A DNA stretch of 64,000 nt from Opitutia bacterium. GTDB lineage: Bacteria > Verrucomicrobiota > Verrucomicrobiia > Opitutales > Seribacteraceae. The translations under genes and the position numbers were made by a program. Below, piece after piece: positions 39,801 through 49,600 of the stretch (positions are counted from its first letter, which is position 1; each line of letters starts with the position of its first letter). Where the stretch lies: the NCBI GenBank assembly GCA_002730975.1, contig PCBO01000062.1:213-64212 (forward strand). The letters run 5' to 3'. The notes under the pieces are model-generated. The model did no database searches and was not told the origin of the DNA. It saw only the letters and a program-made list of their open reading frames with translations.

Positions 39801-41132
39801 CTCCTTGAGGCTAAACAGAAGAGCAAGCACCACGTGAAAGATTACGGAACCTATCATGCATCGGGCACGAAGACCGACCTCTCCCATCTCCTTGGCTTTA
39901 GCCCATTTGTGAAGGAGATAATAAAGAGCTGCCATACTGGCGAGAAGGAGAAGCAACCACCACTTCATGCTGTCCAGAAAATGCCAAAAGCCCCCTGCGG
40001 AATTCTCATCCAACCGCATGGGGGCGACTTCGCGAGCAACCGTACGGAAGATGCCAAAATGACGCACACCGGACGGGCGAGCGAGGTCAGCCGTTCGATC
40101 AGAGCTAAAAAGTAATCGGTGCCCCTCCATAGTCAGGGCGGGGTCCATGTCGTCAAAGGCGCTATTTACGGGGATTCCAAGATTTTCAGGAGGAAGAATT
40201 TCACCCTCGTATACTCGACTTCGGTAAAGATCGTAGCCCCCTTCCCCACCCTTGCGGTCTGAACTAAAGTAGAGGAAATCCCCACGAGCGCTGAGTGAGG
40301 TCTGACCCTCGTTGAAAGTAGTGTTGAGAGCATGAACTCGCTCAGCAGGATCAAAATTGGGAGTAGTGGAAACTTCTTCTCCCGCCGCCGCAAAGCGAGC
40401 GGAAAAAAGATCGTAATCCTCCTCAAAGCGAAGTTCACGAAGGGTCCCCATCCATGCGTCTTTCTCTTTTTCGGTCAAGGCACGCTTGGGCCTGTTGGAA
40501 GAATAATAAAGTTGGCCCGAAAAATCATGGAAGGCAGGATCATATTCGTGAAAGGCGGAATTTATGTTTTCGCCTAGGTTTTCGGGATCGCCCCAAGCTC
40601 CATCGCTTCCACGAGGAGAAACCCAAAGATCAAAGCCGCCAAGACCACCCTCGCGATCGGATACGAAGTAAAGAAGTTTCCCATCGGGAGTGAGAGCAGG
40701 TCCGATTTCAGAGGATACGGTGTTCAGCTCATCAACGGGACGAGGATTCGTCCATGCCGTCCCGTTCCACTCCATGGTCCAAAGGTCGGCTCCTTCTCCC
40801 GGGCGACCCTTTACGAAAACTAGAGAAAGGTTGTCCGCCGTGACCGTGGGGTCGTAAAAATCCTCCGACTTGTTGAGATCGAGAGAAATCGGCGAGGGAG
40901 CTTCCCAGACTATGTCGCGCAACTGCGCCCAATCGGCATCCTGACGCACCGCCACGCCATCAACGTAAACGTTTGGCTTGAAGAGTCCCCAAACCAGCAG
41001 AGCGATAAGCACGGTTGCGATGCTTCCGAAAATCCACAGGCGCTTCTTGTCGCTGGCGAAAGATCGCCAAGCGACCAAGGCTTGCTCCCTCCAATCGGAA
41101 GACTTCACCGAATGTTGCGGTTCTTCGCTCAT
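36891..41132 (-). CDS. 1413-aa membrane-anchored giant protein
   Basis: Start taken at MSEEPQ (41132), 10 nt after the exbD stop. TM at 40983-41042. Five PD40-like blades at 40083-40865 (LLYFVSDREGG.GGFDLW, FLYFSSDRKGGEGGYDLY, LLFSSDR). Two TM segments at 39807-39989. EVPTEAAEAP/PTPPNPVELP spacer, then tandem 98-aa repeats. Prenyltransferase/squalene-cyclase-like alpha/alpha-toroid at 36978-37865 (DGRW, HGAWDY, SGWQLMALK). Confidence 0.8.
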   Translation of the reverse strand: MSEEPQHSVKSSDWREQALVAWRSFASDKKRLWIFGSIATVLIALLVWGLFKPNVYVDGVAVRQDADWAQLRDIVWEAPSPISLDLNKSEDFYDPTVTADNLSLVFVKGRPGEGADLWTMEWNGTAWTNPRPVDELNTVSSEIGPALTPDGKLLYFVSDREGGLGGFDLWVSPRGSDGAWGDPENLGENINSAFHEYDPAFHDFSGQLYYSSNRPKRALTEKEKDAWMGTLRELRFEEDYDLFSARFAAAGEEVSTTPNFDPAERVHALNTTFNEGQTSLSARGDFLYFSSDRKGGEGGYDLYRSRVYEGEILPPENLGIPVNSAFDDMDPALTMEGHRLLFSSDRTADLARPSGVRHFGIFRTVAREVAPMRLDENSAGGFWHFLDSMKWWLLLLLASMAALYYLLHKWAKAKEMGEVGLRARCMIGSVIFHVVLALLFSLKELVQEVIEMKEATIMEANLDVDALAMEKEALDIREETTELPEVQESKEAEIVRQYVEPVEVPTEAAEAPSTQPIENSFVVENQPAIRMEVPTPPNPVELPAETLSKPETQPLKALSFTLPTFRLEQSEPVEAQAEPKFLEFSDVAPTSRSNTPIEQLEDIAEKAPSLKIQEQVELAETSAVQPVEAPESLSQPTPEELSKVTDIELKPAESSSRVEVTLESDRQIEKAENVPQVQAPTSDESVAKAADLSPNAEASDSPKRAVAEIRGGELAMAESALKSVEAPKNASEESDKLGNLSQLPLSENNSTSQSSLALKLEGRTQLEKGDDTPDVTVPSADSAVAKAAPFSPNTESEALPEKASTEISGGELAKAVSVLNSIVTPMNTREESDKLENLSSIPLTENKSPAQSSFTVSLEGRAEVEKVEDVPNVAPPSTDSSIAKAAALAGSANASDSAEPTAVETTVIPDGTISKVSAANQKVTLALSEAPVSDSLAAFRNKPSPLADGPKVSQMTTPITLENARDISGGPVEAQIAAIATDSGVDKLAALSAVTSSPLAAPSGLATLTGLRSTNSAVLKLPKFRLASSLPNVSGPKLSNPISLRLPLSGTSPKLALESKPSTDKPYILRDPKQRARVLERLGGTKESEEAVSRALDWFSRHQEKDGRWAIHKHGGQKNHDIASTSFALLCYFGWGAKHNKDGPYRETVEKGVQWLMDQAKKGDFTNGQHNGMYDHGVATLALAEAYGLTKDPSLRETLQQAVDFVVAAQNKSHGAWDYRPKSKRMDTSVSGWQLMALKSADLAGIEIPSESLRLAGVWLDRVSAGSKKGIYGYDRAGFKTSAMVAEGMFSQQILGTMDSSHPRMKESADHMLQHLPKNKGNQADYYYWYYGTLSSYVNKGEVWEKWNPLMREILIDRQVKGGRDEGSWDYKHGNHSKQMGRVITTAIATLSLEVYYRYLPSVQAGPAQVPQS
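38340..39250 (-). repeat. in-frame tandem repeat, 294-bp (98-aa) unit, about 3 copies, inside the giant ORF
   Basis: GAAAGGTTTT at 38617 versus GAAAGGTTTC at 38911, an offset of exactly 294 nt. Protein units run LESDRQIEK.., LEGRTQLEK.., LEGRAEVEK.., each containing D(E/S)(S/A)(V/I)AKAA, GGELA and EESDKL.NLS..PL.EN. Confidence 0.8.
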
Positions 41133-41142
41133 GAACTCAGAT

Positions 41143-41589
41143 TCAATTGGCGGCAGAAAGCTTGTACTGGTAACCGATATTGGCGTCGTTGAAACCGACT
41201 TCCTTACAGCAAGCCATGGCCATGGCGACTGCTTCGTGATAGGCTTTCCGATCACCGCGTAAAAGTACCTTCTGCCCCGCGTTGGATTCGAGGGCACGAG
41301 TCAGTTCTTCTCGCATGGCAGCCAAATCCATCGTTTCGTGGCGTTGCGTCACGGGGTTGTTCACCAAGTAGGATCCGTCGGCATGCACATTGATGGTAAT
41401 CGTCTTTGGCTTGGCACTCAGACTAGAAGGAGCCATCGAGCTTTCGGGCAGGTTTACCGACTGGTCGGTTTCCTCTTCCGTGAATGTCGCGGTTGCGAGG
41501 AAAAATATGATCAGAATGAACATGACATCCAACAGGGAAGAGATGTTGATGACATTATCATCCGAAGATTCATCTCGGTCGATTCTCAT
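41143..41589 (-). CDS. exbD: ExbD/TolR-family biopolymer transport protein
   Basis: Single TM with the conserved Asp (SLLDVMFILIIFFL), followed by a periplasmic domain (ITINVHADGSY, VLLRGDRKAYHEAV). Confidence 0.85.
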   Translation of the reverse strand: MRIDRDESSDDNVINISSLLDVMFILIIFFLATATFTEEETDQSVNLPESSMAPSSLSAKPKTITINVHADGSYLVNNPVTQRHETMDLAAMREELTRALESNAGQKVLLRGDRKAYHEAVAMAMACCKEVGFNDANIGYQYKLSAAN

Positions 41590-41625
41590 AGCTTTCTCGG
41601 GTTGGGGATTGAAAAGGGTCCTAGT

Positions 41626-42462
41626 TTAAACAGCCGCGACGGCAGACTTGGCTGATGGGGGCTTAGACTTTGCTCTTGGTTTTTTCGCAGAAGACTTTTT
41701 GTCGCCGGACCCATTTCCTCCAACATGCTCGAGGAAATCCACGGCAACGTCGTCGATCTCGTCCACAAGGGAATCGATTTTTCCAGTTAGGATCTGATGA
41801 CATATTAAAACCGGAATCGCCAAGGTGAGACCTGCGGCAGTGGTCACGAGCGCTTCATAAATTCCGGTAGCAAGAGTATCGGCCTTTCCCGCACCTGCTG
41901 CGCTTGCAGCCTGGAAGGCGCCAATCATCCCATAGACCGTACCGAGCAAGCCGAGCAGGGGGGATATGGTTGCAACAGCAGAAAGCGGGCGCACCTGTCG
42001 TTTCATTTTGCCGACCTCGCGAGCACCAGCATCTTCGATCGCTTTTTCAATGACTTCATCCCCTTTTCCAATTTTAGGAATGCCGGCCTTGAATATTCGA
42101 GAAACGGGACCACCGACTTGCTCGCAATAAGCCAAACCGCTGTCGACGTCGTCACCTTTCGCACCCAAGCTTTCTCGCAATTTGGAACGAAATCCGGATG
42201 GAAGCAATTGATCTCGGCGGAGAGCCAGAAACTGCCAAATGGCAACGTAAACGGCCACAACCGAACAAAGGCCGATGGGGATCATGAGCATACCACCTTT
42301 TGCAATGAGATTGAGAAGTGTTTGGGATTCAGGCTGAGTTTCAACCGCGTTGGCAGCTTCGGCTGCTACGTCTCCTTGAGCGAGAAGATCGAACCCAAAA
42401 GGCATAGCGACAAACGACATGGCGCAAACGAAGAGGGAAAGAGGAAGGCGGTAATTATTCAT
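41626..42462 (-). CDS. exbB: MotA/TolQ/ExbB-family proton channel protein
   Basis: Signal or N-terminal TM. Conserved ISPLLGLLGTVYGMIGAF and GIYEALVTTAAGL helices. Lys/Pro-rich C-terminal tail. Start taken at MNNYRL (42462). Confidence 0.85.
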   Translation of the reverse strand: MNNYRLPLSLFVCAMSFVAMPFGFDLLAQGDVAAEAANAVETQPESQTLLNLIAKGGMLMIPIGLCSVVAVYVAIWQFLALRRDQLLPSGFRSKLRESLGAKGDDVDSGLAYCEQVGGPVSRIFKAGIPKIGKGDEVIEKAIEDAGAREVGKMKRQVRPLSAVATISPLLGLLGTVYGMIGAFQAASAAGAGKADTLATGIYEALVTTAAGLTLAIPVLICHQILTGKIDSLVDEIDDVAVDFLEHVGGNGSGDKKSSAKKPRAKSKPPSAKSAVAAV

Positions 42463-42503
42463 GGTATGAGTTCTTCGGATTATTTCGCATAAAAGAGAAA
42501 ATT

Positions 42504-45500
42504 TCATGAACCGATCTTGGCGATTAGGCTCTTAGCGGCGGAAGCAGCTGTTGTCTCGGGGTATTTCTTCACGATTTGCTCGTAATTGGCCTTGGCTTTT
42601 TGAGGTTCGCCCTTGGCTTCTAGAGCTTTCCCCATCTCAAGGAGTGCTCGGGAAGCCCATTTCGGGTAGGCGTAATTCACTTCCACCTTAACAAAGGCCT
42701 TGATGGCGTCGTCGTATGCCTTGGATACCAATTGGCACTCGCCTATCTGGAATTGAGACCGAGCAGACGTTTCGTCTCGATCACCTGTAGCGAGTACTTC
42801 TTGGTATCGCTTAATCGCGTCGGGATAACGGTTTTGATTTTCCAATGCCCATCCGATTCCAAAACGGGCTCTTTGAATAAAATCACTGGTACTGTAGGTA
42901 CGAAGGAACTCCTCGTAACAACGTTGGGAGTCCGGCCAGCGATTAGTAAGGCCCTCGGTCTCCCCTTGACGAAGGAGAGCTTGCTCATGAAGCCCATCCT
43001 CGGTTTTACCGGCTTTGGCAACTCGGAGAAAATGCTGCCTAGCCGGCTCGAAATCCTTCATGCGCAGACGAGCCTCCCCTGCCTGATAGGAGGCCATGAC
43101 CAATTTCTCGGACTTTGGGTTGAGAGCGATCATATCCTCGAAGGCTTTGGCCGCGGTCTGATCCTCACCCATATTAAAACGATTCCAACCAACTCGATAG
43201 AGCACACGCTCCTTTAGGTCAGGGCGAGTAGCTTTCGGCAAAAGTTTCTCTAGACGAGCAACGGAGACAGCATACTCCTTCGCTTCGAATTCGAGTTCGG
43301 CTAACTCGAAGCAAACATCGAGAATGAGATCCCCATTGGGGAACTCGGAAACAAGAGACTCGTAAAACTTGCGTGCGCCTTGAGGCCTCTCAAGACCTTT
43401 TTCACACCATGCGGACTCATAATAGGCACGTTCGCGCAAGGGTGAAGCCTTGTCGCCCGCAAGAACGCCTTGAAAACGCTTCAAAGCATCGGCGAATCCC
43501 TCCTGGCGAGCGAGGGTGACTCCCAAGTAAAAGTGAGCCTGCCCTGCTTTGGCATGGGTCGGGAACTTCTTCAGGAACCCGTCAAGCACGGGTTTGGCCT
43601 TGGCGAACTCCTCTTCGAGGGCAAGTAGTTTGCCGTATTGAAGGGTGGCATCGGAAGCCAAATCGTGTCCGGCGTACTTTGTCGATAGAGTTTGAAAGCG
43701 AGCCAGCGCATCCGCTTGATTCCTCTCGGCTAGGGATAGGTAACCGAGAAAGTAAATGGCATGCGGGGCAAACTCGGATTTCTCAGCAGACAAAAGGATC
43801 TTCTTTGCCTCGGCAAATTGTTTGGCTTCGTAAAGAAGCCGCCCAAGCTCAACAGAAGCATGGGCCGCATGCTCCTCCTTGCCGTGCTTGGCGAGCATCT
43901 GTCGCAAGGTTTGTATCGCACCATTAACGTCACCATCGTTCTCTCGGGATTTCCCTAGCTTAAAAAGGGCTAAACCCACATTGGGGTCCTTCGGTTGGAA
44001 TTGGGCAAAAGTCTGGAATTGAACAACGGCTTTTTTCCAATTTTCTTGATTATAATAACAATCTCCTGCGACAAATCGAAGTTGAGCAAAAGCAGGCTCC
44101 TTAGGGTTCTTATTCAGCAAAGGTTCCAACATGGACAGAGACTCCGGCCACTTCTTTTCTTGATAACGGATTTGGCCTATGCGAAATCGTACCACGTCTT
44201 GTCGGTCTGGGGCGATGCCCTTAACTTTGAGCAGGCTTTCGTACGATACGACCGCCTCGCCAAACCGTTCCAACAGAAAGAGGTTTTCTGCTCGGAGGAA
44301 AAGAACTTCGGGGGCATTCTCATCAACTTTGTGACTTGAAAGGAAGACTTCGCATCGCGTTAAACTATTGGCGTAGCTCTTAGTTTGATGAAGAGAATAT
44401 GCCTCCATCCAAAGAGAGTTGGCGGCAAGCGGACCCTTTTTGCCCACCTTTGCAAATATGGGAGCAGCCTCGTCAAACTTGTCCCCCTGCATGAGTGCAG
44501 TGGCGTAATCGTAACGAAGGTCATCGCCTAGTTCACCTTCACCAAAACGGTCAACAATCGGCTTCAAGACCTGCTGGGCATTGGCGAAATCCTTGTTTCG
44601 CAAGTGCGACCTCCCCAGCCAAAGTCCTGCCTCGGCACCGATTTCGGAATCTCCCACAAGTCCGACTAGAGCTTTTACGGCATTGTTAAGGTCTTTTTTC
44701 TCAAGATACGACCGGCCAAGGTAAAGATTTGCCCGAGCAACTAACTCGGAGCTCTTGTTTTTCTTAACAAAATCGTCTAATTCACGGATGGACTGATCGT
44801 AATTCTCATCCAGAAAGTATACGTAACCGAGCCTGTAATTGGCTTCAAGAGAACGATCTCCGTCTTGCTTGCGAGCTTGATCATAATACTTTACGGCATT
44901 CTTGTAATCCTTCTCCTGCCGAAAGCACTCGGCAAGCAGGAAGGAAACATCCTGAGCAAAATCAGCGGGAGTGTCCTTATCCTTCACCAATCGGTCAAGA
45001 ATGGTCTTGGATCCGAGGAAATCCTTCAATTCGAAACGAGCCAGAGCTCCCTGAAGGGAACAACGGTGAGCAACCGAAGACTTTGGTGCTCTACGATAAG
45101 CCTCATCGGTCGCCTTTACGACTTGCTCCCACTTACCTTGATTGTACAGTGCCTCGGCATAACCTGCATAAGCATCCGCTAAGTGAGCAGGATTCTTGTC
45201 TCTGGCAATAGTCACGGAGAAAGCCTTTTCCGCATCGGCATGCTTACCAAGACTTAGCAGACAATTGCCTCGGAAGTTGTGAATTGGTGCGAGGGCAAGA
45301 ATTTCTCGATTGCTTGCAATTCGGGCAAATACGGGTTCAGCCTCCACTGCTTTGCCCGCTTGTAAGAGGCACAGCCCTAGTCCCAAATTGGCAAAGGGGA
45401 CCTTTGGATGCTTGGCATGTTTGCTAATAAAGGAGCGGAACTCATCCACCGCTAACTCGTATAACCCACGATTGTAAAGAGCGTTAGCGCTAAAATATAG

Positions 45501-45620
45501 GTCAAGGGCAGGATCCTTTTTTGCATTAACTTGACCGTAAATAGAAAAGACAAAAGAACTTAAAGGCAGAATCCAAAATACAATAAAAGAAAGACGAAAG
45601 TTAATCACCAAGCGATCCAT
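42504..45620 (-). CDS. 1038-aa tetratricopeptide-repeat (YbgF-like TPR) envelope protein
   Basis: N-terminal hydrophobic anchor or signal, then more than 20 TPR-like units (A..Y..G..y...g.y..A...F). First gene of the TPR-exbB-exbD-giant unit. Confidence 0.85.
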
Positions 45621-45675
45621 GGGTTTAGGTTAAAGAAGGCAATATTCACTAAAGCAGGAATTCGATCTTTAATGA

Positions 45676-45697
45676 AAAAGAGGAGGGTTCCTCTTTT
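45676..45697 (-). terminator. putative intrinsic terminator downstream of csrA
   Basis: Perfect 9-bp stem AAAAGAGGA / TCCTCTTTT with a 4-nt loop. The A/T tracts are part of the arms. Lies about 80 nt after the csrA stop. Confidence 0.5.
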
Positions 45698-45777
45698 ACA
45701 AACCAAAACTAACGGGTATTAAAAAAAATCCAGAAGAGAGACACAAAACCGATCGGTCCAGTTTGCTAAACTGAAAA

Positions 45778-46095
45778 TTAATTTCCTGCGGTCGAAACAG
45801 GTTGAGGCGGAGGGTTCTTTTGCTGCTCGGCTTGTCCTGCTTTTTTGGCTTTTAATTGCGCCATGAGTTGCTTAGCAGAGTTTGCCACCAAGGCCCCCTT
45901 AGCCGGCGTCGCCGCTGCTGCTGCCGCTTTGTTCGATGACTGCATTTCCTCAAGGATCTCTTTTCTGAGAATAGCTATTGAACGAGGAGCGGATATTCCG
46001 ATTTTAACGGAATCACCCTCGATCTTGGTAAGAGAAATCTCGATGTTTTCTCCAATGATGATGGATTGATCGATTTTTCGGGAAAGAATAAGCAT
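45778..46095 (-). CDS. csrA: carbon storage regulator CsrA with long Ala/Pro/Gln-rich C-terminal tail
   Basis: MLILSRKIDQSIIIG.NIEI....I.GD.VKIGI.AP..I.I.R.EI is the canonical CsrA fold. 105 aa. Adjacent to fliW. Confidence 0.9.
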   Translation of the reverse strand: MLILSRKIDQSIIIGENIEISLTKIEGDSVKIGISAPRSIAILRKEILEEMQSSNKAAAAAATPAKGALVANSAKQLMAQLKAKKAGQAEQQKNPPPQPVSTAGN

Positions 46096-46124
46096 TTCGT
46101 CAACTCCGCTTGCAGAAACGAAGG

Positions 46125-46580
46125 CTATGCCTCGGAATCGCCCACATCGATCATGTGGCGAGCCGAGAATTCCTCGTGGTTATTAATGATGCATTGCTTT
46201 GCCTCGAGCGTTTTGCGGTTGAGGATAATCGGGCCCACTAAATTTAAGGAAATCTTACCGGGATGTTCGGAAGAAATCGTAACAATATTAAGAATCATGG
46301 TGTCCTCGGCACCTGTAATACCAAGAATTTGAATGTCGGCGTCAGATATTTCTACAGAATAATTCTGAACGATGCCGCCCGGTTCGAGGACAACGAAAGC
46401 CAAACCGTCTTGCACTTGTTCGCGCAACCACATGAAGGGGAGTTCTTCCTTGTCAAAAACAAGTTCCATGGAGCGGATATCGGGGAAGCCAAACAATCCC
46501 TGAGGCAAAGAGACTTCGTTGCGAGTTACAGGTTCCGCATCCGAACTAATGGGCAATTCATCTTTAAGATTTAATTTCAC
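46125..46580 (-). CDS. fliW: flagellar assembly factor FliW
   Basis: Family motifs LPQGLFGFPD, F.L.........PFMWL and FVVLEP. Position between flgL and csrA, as in Bacillus. GTG start. Confidence 0.9.
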   Translation of the reverse strand: MKLNLKDELPISSDAEPVTRNEVSLPQGLFGFPDIRSMELVFDKEELPFMWLREQVQDGLAFVVLEPGGIVQNYSVEISDADIQILGITGAEDTMILNIVTISSEHPGKISLNLVGPIILNRKTLEAKQCIINNHEEFSARHMIDVGDSEA

Positions 46581-46634
46581 GGGCAGGGCGGGTTAATCAC
46601 TTGATCTATTAGAAAGAGGGTGTGGAAAGACATC

Positions 46635-49600
46635 CTAGATATAATTAAGTAAGGAGGTGTTCATTATTTGGGCTCCGACTTGAAGTGCTGCTTGATAAGA
46701 TGTGGAAGCCTGCATCAATCTCATAATGGCTTCCGACACATCAACGTCCAGATCCCTAGACACTCGTTCGTTGAGTTCCATGTAATACTCTTCATCGTGT
46801 GACTTGACTGTCTCCATACGCACCATTTTGGACGCCAGTTCTCCCATGTTGTCTATGACCTGTTCCTCCAAGGAGATGAGCTTTTGATTGGCAAGTTCTA
46901 CCTCTGCGGCATAACTTGATGGCTTAGCACTACGAAGAGCTTCCCTCAAATCAACAAGAGCAGATACAACTCCTCCCAATTTCTCGGTTCCTCCATCTTT
47001 GGCTTCTAGCAGTGAAGAGATCTTGCTTTCATGACCTATGTAAAATTCAGAGTTTGTTTTAGAACCGTTGTAAGAAACATCTACAATGGAACCATTTTCA
47101 TCACGGTGTTCGACAAAGGAAGTCGAACCTGTTGCAAAGGAATAAAAATCACCTTTTTGCGGACCAGCGGGAATGCCTGATGGCATAGTTTGTGAATTAA
47201 AATCGAATCCTGCAACAGTCCAAGTTCCTGGCGATGAGGTATCTTGCTCCCAAAGGACTTTGACATCCATTTCGGACCCATTGGGAAGTAAGACTTTAGC
47301 GTTGTCGAAACTCGGAGGAAGCACCTTGCCTCCGGCTGAAGTTCCAGAATAGTAACGACCTGGCTCAACTACTCTCAATCCTGCAATGAATCCATCGGCG
47401 TCAATTACGGCGCTAGCTTTTGCCGTTGTACCGCTAGTTCCCGCAGATGGAAAAGATACGGTAGGCAAACCATCGTTTTCCACAGAAAACTTAATCACGT
47501 GGCCAAGGGGTTTATCAATAGGTAACCAAGCAGAATTCGAGATTCTGGCGCCAGTTGCCTTATCAAACATAAACTCGTCAGAAGGCAAAACCGCGTACTC
47601 CGACGAGGTACTGGGGTCACGGGAAAGATTATCCCAATTGCTTTTGTTCCCTTGATAATACTGCCCGTTATAATGAACGATTTGCCCTTTATCATAAATT
47701 TTGGAGGGAGACCAATCAGTTCCTTGCTGAATTATCCGAGCAGGCACAAAGTGAAGAGAAGCTGTTCCACTCGGACTAAATGATGCGGACTGACTGGCAT
47801 CCAAGGTTAAATCAGCGTTGGCGACATAATATAAATCATCGGTGGGGTCATGTAGGAACTCACCGGTTTTTAGCGAAAGAGGTCTACCTGAAACAAAAGT
47901 CTTTTCCTTACCTTCATTCGGCAAATTCTCTCCCAATAGAAAAACCTTACCATCGCTGCTTTGGCTGACCGGAGATAAGCCTGCAATTTTTGGCAAATCG
48001 ACGTTGGTCGTACCCAAAGGAATGGTAGTATCGGCCGTCGCCACAAAATACTGACCACTATTAGGTTCAAGCACATGGCTCCCTTTCAACAGAGAAAGAG
48101 TTTGCGCTGAGTCAAAAGTAAAAGTGGAAGCTGGTGGAAAATCGGAAGTCAGATGCTCCCAGGTGCTTACGTCTTGGCCCGCTTCAACTTTATCCAAAGC
48201 AAGATAATAGCGACCTTGACGAGATATCACGGAACCTTGAGAGTGAGACGCATTGGCTTTTCCTGCCTGTGCTCCGACTTGAGAAACATCTCGAGAAAAA
48301 TTACCCTTGAGAAAGACCCCGGAAATCACCTCTCCATCTTGTTGTGGAGAAGCAAGATAAAATTCTTGATTACTTGAATCAAATGAAACTAGACCCTTGC
48401 CGCTTTCAGAACCTTTAGCATCAAACTTAGGGATGGCATAGGTAATCTGTTCAATGAGCCTTTGAGTCTCTGTCTGCAACTGCGCAGATGAAGTGACGTA
48501 CCCTTGATCCAATATGATTTGTTGGGTGTGACTGGTCGCATCGGATTTCAAGTCGAACATCTTACCGTCGGGCGCAAGCCAGTACTCTCGCCGTTCGGAC
48601 CCGACAACACTTAGTTTCCAGTCTTCTCTATCGACGGAGTAACCGTTAGGAACTTTCTCCCAAATTTTAGAGTCAGTCTCTCCGGGTTTGTGATTCCAAT
48701 TCGAACCCATTCGAGAACGCCAAACACTACCATCTTGATAGACGAGGTCTCCTTCATTATATCTCGACAATCTTTTCCAATCCGTGGGAGTCGCCATAAC
48801 GGCAGTGCTGGTCCCGGCGACCTTGACGGAACCAAGCAAAAGGTCTCTTTCCCATGATCCTGCATACACCTTCTGGGCGATAGTTTTTTTATCGCCAGAA
48901 GTAAGTTCGTCGTATTTCTTGCCCGCGAATTGATCTACAGAGGCGGCGTCCAGCTTGGTCTTGACTGCTTCCGGAAAGTAAAAATTGGGATCGAAGTCGG
49001 TGATATATTGGCCGGAAGCTTTGAAGTCTTGACCGACTCCAGCGACCAAGAGTAAATCTCCTTGATCGGAAGTTTTCGCCATTACTTTTAAATTTGGATC
49101 TCTCTGTCCGGGTGTCTTGCTTCCCCTGACAAAAACGTTGTAGTCGGAAGTAGTAACTGGCGGAATTGCATTCAACGCACCTTCATCCTGATTAATGATA
49201 GAAGCTAAGGCAGTGGAAGCTACATCAGTAGCCAAACCGGAGACTGAAGCAGTCAGAACATATTCATGACCGTTGGCATTTACCACAAGCTGGTCACCCT
49301 GACTTAATTCATATTTACCATCTGCATTACTTTTACCGACGTAATTCCCGTTGAAAGATATCGTTTTTTGAAAGCGATCACCGACTTTAACATCTGACGC
49401 CGCAAAATTTGGCTTGGAGTCGACACCTGCGAAAAGAGACTTTTTCCGGTGAGTAGCATTAATGCGGTTAAGGGCTTCTTCGATAAGTTGATCCACCTCG
49501 AAACCGTAAGTCTCCATGGCTGGGGCGCTAAGACCAGAACCCGAGACTCTTGCAATCTCTTGAGCTCTAACTGTAACTTCCCTCAATTTATCCAAGTTCA

